A stretch of 64,000 bases of DNA from Macrostomum lignano (Eukaryota). The notes beneath the pieces were generated by a model. It was not told the origin of the DNA. It saw only the letters and a list, made by a program, of their open reading frames with translations, and searched no databases. Location of the stretch: positions 186,001 through 250,000 of the forward strand of contig NIVC01000312.1 in assembly GCA_002269645.1 (NCBI GenBank), written 5' to 3'. The position numbers and the translations under genes were made by a program. Each line of letters starts with the position of its first letter. Position 1 is the stretch's first letter. This document shows positions 10,978-21,728 of the stretch, in pieces.

Positions 10978-11704
10978 CACTCTCTTCATTCGCCACAGCT
11001 GCCGCTTTTACTTGCTTTAAGTTGATTGCTCTTAGCAGCAGCGGTTTCATAAGCCGGCTGAGGCAGTCGCTCAGCATCAGTTGGTCCAGCAACCAGTCGA
11101 ATGCCGAGTCCAAGCTATATTGATGAAGCTCGCGGCAACGGCTTCTCAAAGCCAACAGAAATCGACCAATAGCAGAGCTTAACACGTAGCTGAAGTCTGC
11201 TGTCAGCAGTTGGCCCCATACGATCTCCAGATTGCCGATATCATCGATGCTGGCATTCGAGCCCGAGCTTTCCAGATGGCGACGCGTTGCTTCAACGAAT
11301 GTCAGCCACTCTTCGGGGCTGCGCGGAGACAGTTGAAAGAGGCGGACGCTCTCGATTTCGTACCGGTCAGTAGCGGCTTTACAGTACTCGCCATTCTCTG
11401 CCTTATCGACAAGTTTCACTTTTAAAACATCCTTTGCCTTAGGCACGAGTGCACCGTACCCGACGCTTTTCAGGGAGAGATGCTCACTGTAGGTAATTGC
11501 CAGGGGAACAATAGCATTCGACAAGTCCACAGCGATAACGCCTCTGTCCTGACAAAATCTAGCAATAACGGCATTGTTAAGCGAGTCAAACTCTGCGCTG
11601 CCAACGCTTGCGCCTCCTTCAGCCGAGCTTGACTGGTCAAGGACCGTGGATTGTGCACCGCTCGAATTGGGCTCTTCTCCGCGTTGTAGACGCCTGGCCA
11701 GCGG
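10978..11704 (-). CDS. Probable upstream exon of the ZNFX1-like gene: copy 1 of the duplicated module
   Basis: Acceptor ttttcacctgcag ending 11705, donor G|gtaagc at 10977; protein shares QLSPRSPEEWL.FVEATR.HLESSG...DIGNLEIVWGQLLT.DFSYVLSSA.GRFLLALR with the next exon; the true start exon lies further upstream and was not located. Confidence 0.6.
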
Positions 11705-12001
11705 CTGCAGGTGAAAATTTCCAAACGAAAACTTCAAGTCAAATTTTCAGAATCGAAATTTCAGGAATGCGAAGTGGGTTAACAAGGACCACTAGAAGTT
11801 ACGAGCTCGTGCCATTGTATCAGGATCTAACACTCATAAATATTTGAATTGTATTAAGGCTCGCTTGTTTACGCGTATTCAGAGAGCTCGATTCTATTCA
11901 ATTGTTTAAATCAAACTTTGACGTACCACATCTTGATACAACGGTAACTTCTAGTGGTTTCCTTGAAATAAGAAATACCAGCTAGTAAAAAGGGGTGGGT
12001 T

Positions 12002-12302
12002 TCACAACTGAGAAACTTCACAACCGCTAAAATTTGTGCACTTAATTTCATATACGGCAGTCTTTTTAGCGGCCGTGAAGTTTTGCGGTTGTGAAAGTAG
12101 GGACATTTAGCGGTTGTGAAGTTTCGCGGTTGTGAAAGTAGGGACATTTAGCGGTTGTGAAGTTTCGCGGTTGTGAAAGTAGGGACATTTAGCGGTTGTG
12201 AAGTTTTGCGGTTGTGAAAGTAGGGACATTTAGCGGTTGTGAAGTTTCGCGGTTGTGAAAGTAGGGACATTTAGCGGTTGTGAAGTTTCGCGGTTGTGAA
12301 GT
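12002..12302. repeat. 41-bp tandem repeat (~5.5 copies) preceded by an inverted partial copy
   Basis: Unit GTGAAAGTAGGGACATTTAGCGGTTGTGAAGTTTCGCGGTT at 12091, 12132, 12173...; inverted ttcacaactgagaaacttcacaaccgctaa at ~12002-12031. Confidence 0.85.
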
Positions 12303-12954
12303 TTCGTGTTTATTTAAGTAAGTGATTTAGCGGCTGTGAAAGCAAGCCGTAAAAAGTAACCAATATTAAGTAAAGCTCACCGTTTTATACGAAGAATTTT
12401 TACTGACTGAACCGCCTAGAGGCACTCTGCTTTTGTAGTATTTTTTACGTTTTCCCATTTTTAATATCAGTTAACTAGTATTAGTTTTGTGATGCATTAT
12501 ATACATCGGAATAACTATCTAGAAGGCACAATGGTTTATTCTAGCGACAGAAAGAGCGACGGGCTTTATGTAGAATTCTACTTCTACTCGTAGCTGTCTG
12601 CCCTCACTGTACACAAGTGCGCGGGCCCAGTGAAAGCACACGTCTGTACAGAAACACTGAGAGCATGGCAGGGTCTGGACTGAATTTCCAGGAAATTTTT
12701 AGAGTACACTCGTATTATTAGCATTTCTTGGAAAAATGTACGATGAAACATTCCTAGATAAACCACCAGAATAGGCATAATTCCCTCCTAACTAGACCTC
12801 TGGGCCACATTTATTGTTATCTAAAGCGATAAGTTTTGTGTCTTTTTTGCTTTATTTACGCGTAATTTGCCAAGCATAGTGATAATCTATCAGCTGACGA
12901 ATCGGACACATACTAGAGGAGTAATGGAGGATGGTAGATGTAATAGCTCGTGCG

Positions 12955-13417
12955 TAGGGATAGCAAAATACCGATTTTTCGCGATCTCAGGATCCCGGGA
13001 TCTAATCCCGGAATTTGGCCAATCCCGGGATTACTTATTTTTAAGCTTCGGGGTTGAAATTTTAAGGCAAAATATGAGCTAAACGTTTTTGCTTCCATTT
13101 TTTGTTATTAGAGTTAATGATCTATTTGTAGATGACAAACAGTATTATCTTGTGACGTATTTAATAAGTAGTATAATAGTACTAGTTAGTAGTAAAGAAG
13201 CAAATCAAATATCAAAATTTACATTGGAATAAACTTCACATTTAAATCTGTGATGTTGGGTTTAAAAAGGCGCCATGCGACGTGAGGCAATTAACGGAAA
13301 TTAGCGCAATACACATAATAAACTAGTTGTGAGCGTAATTGTGTTCATATTACAACACTTAATAACAAAAATTTGTCCCGGTTTTCGGGATCCCAAATCC
13401 CGGGATTGCAATCCCTA
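12955..13417. mobile_element. hAT-type MITE
   Basis: TIRs TAGGGATAGCAA / TTGCAATCCCTA, subterminal ATCCCGGGAT repeats, 8-bp TSD ctcgtgcg / ttcgtgcg. Confidence 0.8.
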
Positions 13418-14064
13418 TTCGTGCGGTGTACGTTCTCGAAAATAGGGACGACACTATGCCACTGAGATTATCCTCAGTCTCTCTACGCTCTTCACTGAGT
13501 CTGAAGTCGATTCCTGTCTTCCATAGTCCGTGCTGGACTCTATACCATGTGTATAATCCTGTTCACTACTGGTGCTTGATCGACTATACCAGTTTTGCGT
13601 TAAAGTTTTAATATTGGCCAAACGCGGCCAGAATTACTTACAGGCACTTCCAATAGCTAGGACTGGGCGATTTTTTAGTATCTTTGCATTCAGAGCTGCA
13701 TCATGCGCTGTGTCAATCACTCTTCACAGCTGGAAGGGAGAACATTCAACGCCATTGATTTCTCATTTCTCAAGTCTTCAGGCAAGCAGAAGCTCGTTGT
13801 CAGGATTTCTCCGTCTAGAGCCGATAAAACTTCTTCGGCATTCCTAGCATACTAGGCTAATGCGATTGACAGAAGGAAGCCGAATTGCCCATCAAACCCG
13901 AATTCCCGGCCAAGCCTTAATACACGATACATCACAATTAAACCTTTTCATGGGAGCAAACACGACTCGATAATAGATAGAAGTGCAAGCCCTGTCGCTC
14001 ATCAAAAAGCAGCAGTATATATGGCTTCTAAAACCATACAGGGACACAAGTAAAAAGCAAACCC

Positions 14065-14934
14065 ATGACACCAAACAGCCCAATTGTTGTTTCGTTACTG
14101 CTGCTGCTGCTGCTGCTGAGCCGCCCCGCCGCCTGCTGCAGGCAGCGAGTCGCCTTCTACCGGCCGATCCTCACCTCTAACTGCGTGTCCCCAGCTCACT
14201 ACCAGCTGCTCGACCTTGACATCGCGGCCTGTGCGCTTCGCTGTGGAGCGGCTCCGAGATGCAGAGCCTTCGCCATGGAGGCTGCGGCGGCCTCCTCGGA
14301 CCGGCAGCTCTGCCTGCTGTTCGCCTTCGACGCCTGCAGCTCGCGACTGCTGCTCGATCCCGGCTCGATGGCGAGCAGCGGCTGCAGCAGCAGGAGGCTT
14401 CGAGTCTTCGTCAAGCGGTCGGAGGGTCTCGAGCCGGGCCGGCTCTGTCCCGCCGACTATCGCTGGGTGCCCGGCGTCAGCGGCAGCCGCTTCAAGGGCT
14501 CGCTGTACAAGGCTGCTGGGAACGGGCAGGAGGCCGACTGGAGCACTCAGGCCGACAGCTGCCGGAGCTTCCTGAGCACCTCGGACGGGTCCACCATGCC
14601 GCTGACGAAGCTCGCCGACCTGAGCAGCGTCGAGGAGCTCCATGATATGAGGGCGTCAACTGGCCTTACTATCTATAACACCAGCCAACAGATCTGGGTT
14701 GGCGCCTTGAATCTGGCCAACGGCAGCTGGGCGTGGGCGGACTGCGGCTGGCCGCTGCCTGTTCTGGACACCAGCAGCGGCAGACTCTGGAGCCCTAGCG
14801 AGCCGAACAATAAAATTGTTTCTACAAATCGCGCTAGAATCATAGACGCTGCTCTGTTTGACAATCCGGGTTCAAATCTCTATCATGCAGCCTGCGAATG
14901 CGCTGATCCGTTTCTGAATTTCACAATGGGTTGA
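14065..14934 (+). CDS. Secreted PAN/Apple + C-type lectin-like protein, paralog 1 (intronless)
   Basis: Poly-Leu signal peptide; CALRC...C.AF...LCLLF PAN motif; CTLD with CP.DY.W, IWVGA, WAW, EPNN, ACEC. Confidence 0.8.
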   Translation: MTPNSPIVVSLLLLLLLLSRPAACCRQRVAFYRPILTSNCVSPAHYQLLDLDIAACALRCGAAPRCRAFAMEAAAASSDRQLCLLFAFDACSSRLLLDPGSMASSGCSSRRLRVFVKRSEGLEPGRLCPADYRWVPGVSGSRFKGSLYKAAGNGQEADWSTQADSCRSFLSTSDGSTMPLTKLADLSSVEELHDMRASTGLTIYNTSQQIWVGALNLANGSWAWADCGWPLPVLDTSSGRLWSPSEPNNKIVSTNRARIIDAALFDNPGSNLYHAACECADPFLNFTMG

Positions 14935-16070
14935 TGAAACTTGAGACGCGAGACTTGCAAACAGGCGGATGCAATAACATTTGATTGAACAGTAATCAGA
15001 GAATATATTTTCTGTTCTCCATCGAAATCTCACATAGACCAAGCTCACTGGCAATCTCTTTGAATGTACTATGCCTCTGCATGTAGTTTTAGCACATTTT
15101 GTCATTCTAATAAGCCTAAGACGGATAGCCTTTTGGGGTATTATAGTTTCGATGTAGTTGCTCGCACTAACTTTGCAGCATGGCCAAGAAATGCAACGCT
15201 TTTAATTGTCCAGACGGAAAAAACTGGTTTCCACTCCAGATGCTAAAATTAATTATAGTCCACCTTGCTTTCGCTTTGATTTCTCTTTTCATTGTCTATG
15301 AAAGATGCCATATAGAGAACTTAAAAATATATTCTATGTGCTTCAGCCGTCAGTCTCGCTCAATATTACTCCGTTTCTAACTTGCTTGGATGAAGAAATA
15401 CAGAACTTACTAAAGAATCAGTCTGTTAATTTTCTTCCCGTGAATATATAGGATTCAATACTTGGTTAGAGTACTAAAAAATGTCTTGGTCACGACGATT
15501 GCGCGAAGCCAACGATGTTTGTTACTCAGAAAAGGCCAACTTAAAACGTAGAGATAAAATGAGTTGATGTTAAACATATCAGAACTAATACGATTGTAAA
15601 GATGGAGTTAAAACGGTGCGACACCTAGTGAAGGACATGTACGTTCCGCACTGATTGAATAATCGCACCTTTGAGCTTTGAAAAACAAAGGAACAAAAAA
15701 AATCGAAGGTGAATCCTTCCCGTCTGCCTAAACGTGAGACATTGCCTGCGACATACGCAGGAATTTTAATTTTAGTAAGCGTTCCAGCCCTTATTTGACA
15801 TTATTTGACGCCTTTATTGACGCTTTGGTGTCCAAACATGCTTATTGACGCTTTAGTGTCCAAACATGCAGCCTGCCGTACCGACATGCACTTCCTCTGA
15901 AGAAATATGAAACCAATGTTCGATAAATCAGCCTTTGCCTCAAACAAGTATATCCCTGACTCTGTCAAAGACAACATAAAAAATCGAGAAAGACACGAGT
16001 CTATATATTCAGTCGCGTTTTCATGATATCGTAAAAAAGGCTTGCTTTTGATTGAATTCTAGAATTGACG

Positions 16071-16916
16071 ATGGAATGCGCCGTGATCGCCCAGCTGCTG
16101 CTGCCGCTGCTGCTGCTGAGCAGCCCCGCAACCTGCTGCAGGCAGCGAGTCGCCTTCCACCCGATCCTCACCTCTAACTGCGTGTCCCCAGCTCACTACC
16201 AGCTGCTCGACCTTGACATCGCGGCCTGTGCGCTTCGCTGTGGAGCGGCTCCGAGATGCAGAGCCTTCGCCATGGAGGCTGCGGCGGCCTCCTCGGACCG
16301 GCAGCTCTGCCTGCTGTTCGACTTCGACGCCTGCAGCTCGCGACTGGTGCTCGATCCCGCCTCGATGGCGAGCAGCGGCTGCAGCAGCAGGAGGCTTCGA
16401 GTCTTCGTCAAGCGGTCGGAGGGTCTCGAGCCGGGCCGGCTCTGTCCCGCCGACTATCGCTGGGTGCCCGGCGACAGCCGCTTCAAGGGCTCGCTGTACA
16501 AGGCAGCTGGGAACGGGCAGGTGACCGGATGGAGCACTCAGGCCGACAGCTGCCGGAGCTTCCTGAGCACCTCGGACGGGTCCGCCATGCCGCTGACGAA
16601 GCTCGCCGACCTGAGCAGCGTCGAGGAGCTCCAGGATGTGAGGGCGTCAACTGGCCTGACTGACAGTCAGCAGATCTGGGTTGGCGCCTCGATTCTGGCC
16701 AACGGCAGCTGGGCGTGGGCGGACTGCGGCTGGCTGCTGCCGATTCTGGACACCGGCAGCGGCGGACTCTGGAGCCCTAGCGAGCTGAACAGTGGCAAGG
16801 ATGCTAGATTTCGTGCTAGAATCCGCGACATGGCTCTGTATGACAATCCAAATTCAAATTCATATTACGGAGCCTGTGAATGCCTGGATCCGTTTCTAAA
16901 TTTTACGATTGGTTGA
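16071..16916 (+). CDS. Secreted PAN/Apple + C-type lectin-like protein, paralog 2
   Basis: First ATG at 16071; same architecture; EPN position reads ELN. Confidence 0.8.
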   Translation: MECAVIAQLLLPLLLLSSPATCCRQRVAFHPILTSNCVSPAHYQLLDLDIAACALRCGAAPRCRAFAMEAAAASSDRQLCLLFDFDACSSRLVLDPASMASSGCSSRRLRVFVKRSEGLEPGRLCPADYRWVPGDSRFKGSLYKAAGNGQVTGWSTQADSCRSFLSTSDGSAMPLTKLADLSSVEELQDVRASTGLTDSQQIWVGASILANGSWAWADCGWLLPILDTGSGGLWSPSELNSGKDARFRARIRDMALYDNPNSNSYYGACECLDPFLNFTIG

Positions 16917-18031
16917 ATTAAACCAAAATCCCGAGACCTCAAGGAAACGGATAGGATAAATCGTGCAAGAAGATACCACACGGAACTGTGTGTTTTTAGA
17001 CAAATTGAACTCGAAAAACTCTAGAATTTGAACTACATCCTGAACATGAGTGACGCAACCATTTACCGATGTATTGGTTAATTTTTTGACTACTTGAAAC
17101 TTAGATTTCACTCAGTGGTTCGCACGAGCTGACAAACTTTAAATAAAACGGAAGCTCTACTCTTCGATTCTGCATTGCAAATTCGCGGGCTTTGTGTTTT
17201 GTTTCCTTCAGCCAGTTCAAACAATTGCATTTTAAAATTTATTGTAGTCGGAAAGATTTCAATGATTTTCAATTAGTCCAGAGAGCATCATATACTTTTT
17301 AATTTTTTATCATGATAGTTCCAAAAATCAGAAAGTTTTCTATTCCACCAGTCAGGACTCATAAATTCAGAAGTCACTTCTCATCTTAATACTCGTAGAA
17401 TAGGCCCTATGAGTAGTTCAACTCGGAAATCCCAAACATTTTTCTCATGAGTTTTGCATCGTGACAGAGCACCTTCAGGCCCAGCTCATATCTTAAAACT
17501 GGTAACTTTTAACGATGAGTTGATGTCAGTAGGTTTTCCTGCACGAACGAGGTTTGATTTTGGGATGGCTATTAGCAGATTGGAAAGATTTCATCGGTCT
17601 AAAGGTGGCATCAAAACTACCCAGTTGCAACTATTTTTAATTAGTTCATATTTCTAACTTGAAGTTTTATGTTTATACTGTTTTTAACCTCAGACCCAGA
17701 TATTAGGGACAGGGGATATCTTAAAACATAGTTTAAGATGACTACAGATGCTAGCTGTGGCAAGAATAGGTCTTACGGTCGATTTTTCATCCCCAAATCT
17801 CAACAGAACACGAATAACTGGACAGACTGAGTGACATTAGACAAAGGCAGCTTTGTAGAAAGTTCGAAAAGCATTCACTCGACTCCAAGCTGGCTGCATT
17901 CTCAGTAAACGATGCCATTAGCATGCATGTAGGACACACAGAAGAGCTTCTGGGAGAAGATCATTTAAACGTCAGTCAGACCTTAAGACGCTACTAAAAG
18001 CATCGATTTCAGATACGCTCGTAGACAATCA

Positions 18032-18756
18032 TGTGACGTTGTCAGTTTAAGTAGCCCCGCCAAGGGCCGTTTTAGCATACGGTACCAATCTATAATATTG
18101 TTGGTTTCGTACTCTCACGTCTGCTTAAAGTAGTGCCCAAAGAATTTTAATCAGCTTGCGTACATTTGTGAGGCCTGCGTACAGCGCGCGATCGATAATT
18201 TCTATTTTCTGTTTTTTTTCCAGCCGGCCAATAGAAAGCCGCGCATTAATTATACTAAGTTCTCCTCGCGCGCCCACCCCCAGCCCGCTCTTTATCAGTC
18301 CTGTCTGGCTGGACGCTCGGGGTTAACCCCGTTTCTCCTGCGCCACCCCTGCGCTGCTCTGCCCGCCCGTGGGCTCTCACTTCTTGTTTACTTGCCTTCT
18401 CTCTCCGCCACAGTTCTAGCTACGCCTTCGCCAGCCTCAGTCACACCACTTCTACTGTCAGTTCGAGCTCTCACTACGAGCACCGCCACCGTACGTTCAC
18501 CGCCATCACTTCGTCACCGTTGCCTCAAACTCATCGACCCACTCTGCCTCCTACCATCTAACTTATTGTTGTGTAGCCGCCAGTGCATCGTTTGCGAATT
18601 CAACGAGTACTTTGATCTATCTCCGTTAAAATAAACAAAGTCTGCGGCCATTGCCAGCACCAGTCATCATTATCACCAAGTGCTACCGCTACAAATTTGC
18701 CTGTGCTGTATTTGTCTTATCGATTATTTTCGAGGCCGCCACATTATTTCGTCACA
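18032..18756 (+). mobile_element. Solo LTR (Gypsy-type)
   Basis: Ends TGTGACG...CGTCACA, flanks atca/atga, AATAAA at ~18630; 3' part homologous to the LTR ending at 48650 behind the Gypsy pol. Confidence 0.7.
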
Positions 18757-18988
18757 ATGATGCTTCCTGCAGCAGTTTTGTCTGAAATGATCTGAAAGGA
18801 AAGAACGAATTTCAATCATTCCAGAATAGTGGCGATCTGTCACCAAGTCACTAGTCTCTCGGGTCTCCATTCAAGAGCCTGAAACGATTCCTAGCGATAA
18901 AACTACACCCACTGGCAAAGAGAAATGCGCAAATTTCAGAGAGCTGTCCCTGTTAATCAACAACTCGCGCAGCACCCACTTTTTAAAC

Positions 18989-19020
18989 TATAAATACAGA
19001 GGACACGCCGTCTTCAGTTT
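18989..19020 (+). promoter_or_regulatory. TATA box plus Initiator-like core promoter
   Basis: TATAAATA at 18989 and TCAGTT at 19014, followed by a signal-peptide-like reading frame. Confidence 0.35.
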
Positions 19021-19189
19021 GCGACACATGCAATTAAACTGTTTTGTATCTAAAGCAAGAAAAATGCACTCTGCGTACAGTTGCTATACTACTGCTGCCG
19101 CTGCTGCTGCTTCCGCCATCGGCAGGGAGCTCTAGGGTCGTGAATATTGAATTTTTAAATGCGGCGGTTTTTACTAAATTGTCTCCCTG

Positions 19190-19250
19190 GAGAGTTGGGG
19201 TTCGAACTCGGGCTGTTTGCAAACGAAGCGAATGTGTTAGCCTCTAGGTT
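19190..19250 (-). mobile_element. tRNA-derived SINE head fragment (similar fragment at ~36410-36462)
   Basis: Minus strand CTAGAGGCTAAC...GAGTTCGAACCC box A/B-like spacing; no complete cloverleaf. Confidence 0.35.
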
Positions 19251-19457
19251 ACTATACTGTTGGGGTGGAGGGTGCATGATAGGGTTTTAAACTTGGTGCT
19301 GGTGTGATTGGGGTTCAGTCATGTATTGTGCGATCCTATGCACTCGCGGGCGTTGGGTCATGTAAAAGGGTTTGTTGGTGCAATGGAGCTGTCAGTTACT
19401 CTAATATTAGATGGAGCATTACTAAAAATACGCTGCAGGATTCGCCCGCAGCATGCC

Positions 19458-19460
<3 letters not shown>

Positions 19461-19498
<38 letters not shown>
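19461..19498. repeat. (GT)n microsatellite
   Basis: Direct reading. Confidence 0.95.
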
Positions 19499-19499
<1 letters not shown>

Positions 19500-19913
19500 G
19501 AACACAGTAGGAAATGGTTTTCTAGATAGAGTAAACTAGTGTTAGAGCCCCTGCTTCTGCTTAGGGGTGCCCCTGCACCCCTAAGTCTCGGCTTGAAGAC
19601 CTGAAACAAAAGGTTTAATTTTTCCGGATTTGCGACACCATAAAATTTTAATAAAAAGAGGAGTACAACGAAAATTCGCGGCCATCACCCCTTCCTACCT
19701 GGGGTATATAAGGCTGTGCTCGGTTCCTGAGACCCTGAACAATAGAGACAAGAGTGTGTTGGCTTTGGTAAAAACGCCTCAACTAGGATTTATTCCAACT
19801 ATTGGGCATGCCACCCATGTATTAAAAGATTCCTTACCAGGGGGTTGAAAAATATATTTAGAAATGGGACCTGGGCTGTGCGTTGGTGATGTGGTTGCCG
19901 CACCTACATTTTA

Positions 19914-21234
19914 CGAGGAGGGGTGCTTATTAAGTTCCCGGAAAAGTTCAGTTCTAATTATCGCATCTGTACGAAATTTTACCTGCAGCAACTGCAGTCT
20001 ATTATAACTTCTCAACATAATTTCCACCCAAATCGGAGCACTTTTGCAGGCGCTGGAACCATGCATCGAAGCACCCCCTGAGATCAGCTTTGGTGAAGCT
20101 GTCCAGCTCAGCTTGCAGCGCAACAACCAGCTCCTCCCTCGAGTCGAAGCGCTTCCCCTTCAGATTTTTCTTTATTCTGGGAAAGAGGAAGAAGTCAGCA
20201 GGCGCCAGGTCCGGCGAATATGCCGGATGCGGCAGCTGGACGAGCTGGGTCGCCTGAAGGAACTCCTGGGTCACTCGTGCCCGGTGCGCGGGAGCGTTGT
20301 CCTGATGGAGGAAGATGCATTTGTCAAGCGTCTTCGACCGCTGCTGTGCGAGCGCCTGCAGAACCTGAGGCAAGCAGACGGTGCTGTACCATTCTGCTGT
20401 CACGGTGGCGCCTTGCTGCAGCAGCACTGGCGGCAGGATGCCACTGCGTCGGAAGAAAACGGCCGCCATCACTTTCCCGACGCTGCGCTCGCGACGAAAT
20501 TTGAGAGGAGCATCTTCCTCGTTGGTAACCCACTGCCGACTCTGCTCTTTGGTCTCTGGGTCATAAAAGTAGACCCAGGTTTCGTCGCCAGTGAGGATGT
20601 TATCCACCAACTTTGAGCGGCCTCCGTCAAACCTGGCCGCCATGAGGTCGGCGAACTCAACTCGGGCTCGCATCTGGTCAGCACTGAGCTGGTGGGGTAC
20701 CCAGCGAGCGGACAGCTTCCTCATGCCGAGGTGCTGGTGCAGGATCTTAATGATGGTGGAATCCGCACCCTGATGAGCTGCTCCAACCAGCGAATCTTCA
20801 CTCGCCGATCTTCGTCCACGTGGCGTCGAACAGCAGCAACGACTCCGTCGGACACGGCCGAACTCGGCCGCCCCTCGCGAGGATCGTCGTCCAGAGTGGC
20901 CGAGCCACAGCGGAAGCGCGAAAACCACTCATACACCATCGACTGGGATGGTGCTTGATCCTGAAGAGCCTCACGCAGCGTCTGGAGGCAGGTAGCCGCA
21001 GAGCTGCCCAGCCGAAACTGTACCAGGATCGCCACTCCCTGTCGCGGTCAGTCAGCTGTGGCAAGGGGGGCACTTTTTCAGCCAAACTTTCGCCACTGCG
21101 GCGGATCATTGCGACCGATTAAGCTGAAATTTTACAAGCAAACGTAGAGCATCTAACCCTAACTGCTGGTCAAGTTTCGTTTGATTGGCGCGTTTTTAAG
21201 CTGCATTTTCCGGGAACTTAATAAGCACCCCTCG
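19914..21234 (-). mobile_element. Tc1/mariner (DD34D) transposon; transposase 21109-20002 with two frameshifts
   Basis: TA TSDs; TIR CGAGGGGTGCTTATTAAGTTCCCGGAAAA (left copy has a GAG duplication); WVPHQL, TGDETW, HQDNAPAH, YSPDLAPAD with 34 residues between D2 and D3. Confidence 0.92.
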
Positions 21235-21356
21235 TACAGTTTTTTTTACCAACATTCAACCCAAATTTGCCTAAATTTTCGTACATTTTGCCTGTTTTTG
21301 TGCACCTACTCTGTGTACATTAATGCCAACATCTGCTTAATTACTTTTGTGTACTT

Positions 21357-21659
21357 CTAAGGCAGATCTGGGTTGCTGTTAAGGTCTTTTTGGTGTTTAA
21401 AACACTGAATAATATCTTCCTTGTTGAGTTTGTTTTGCAGTCCTGCTATTAACATTTTATACTCATCCTGGTAAAGAGTGGGTGAAAAAATGTGTAGTGT
21501 GTCATAATCGAGGAATCCAAGTCTGAGGAGCATGTTAAAGACTCTGAAGGTTTTCCCCGACCCAGATGAGCCAACATCAATGCATCTGAAGTACCCTGGA
21601 ATTAACTTGTTGTGAGCAAATTTTATCTGATTGCGTGTCCAATAGGGATAGAAGTCCAC
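21357..21659 (-). pseudogene. A32/FtsK-HerA-like DNA packaging ATPase, truncated
   Basis: FRCIDVGSSGSGKT Walker A followed by LDYDTLHIFSPTLYQ; stop before any Walker B; GTG start. Confidence 0.7.
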
Positions 21660-21728
21660 TTTTTTGTTTAATTATTTATTTTTTAAGATCGGCTTTGTGT
21701 CTTTGTATTGGGGATTTGTCTCTTATAC

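Noticed and set aside
12550-13850. Candidate first exons of the ZNFX1-like gene
   Set aside because: Short open stretches exist (~12560-12680, ~13725-13850), but I could not support a start codon and phase-0 donor
14095-14645. Antisense and alternate-frame ORFs over the lectins (also 16196-16663, 26738-27336)
   Set aside because: Expected shadows of GC-rich coding sequence, repeated only because the genes are duplicated
14780-14934. Diversity-generating retroelement acting on the lectin C-termini
   Set aside because: Differences are not adenine-specific, no template repeat is present, and the nearby RTs are decayed Gypsy/LINE types
19561-19584. Perfect 10-bp hairpin ttaggggtgc/gcacccctaa
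   Set aside because: Probably a subterminal piece of a small transposon; no element boundaries could be defined
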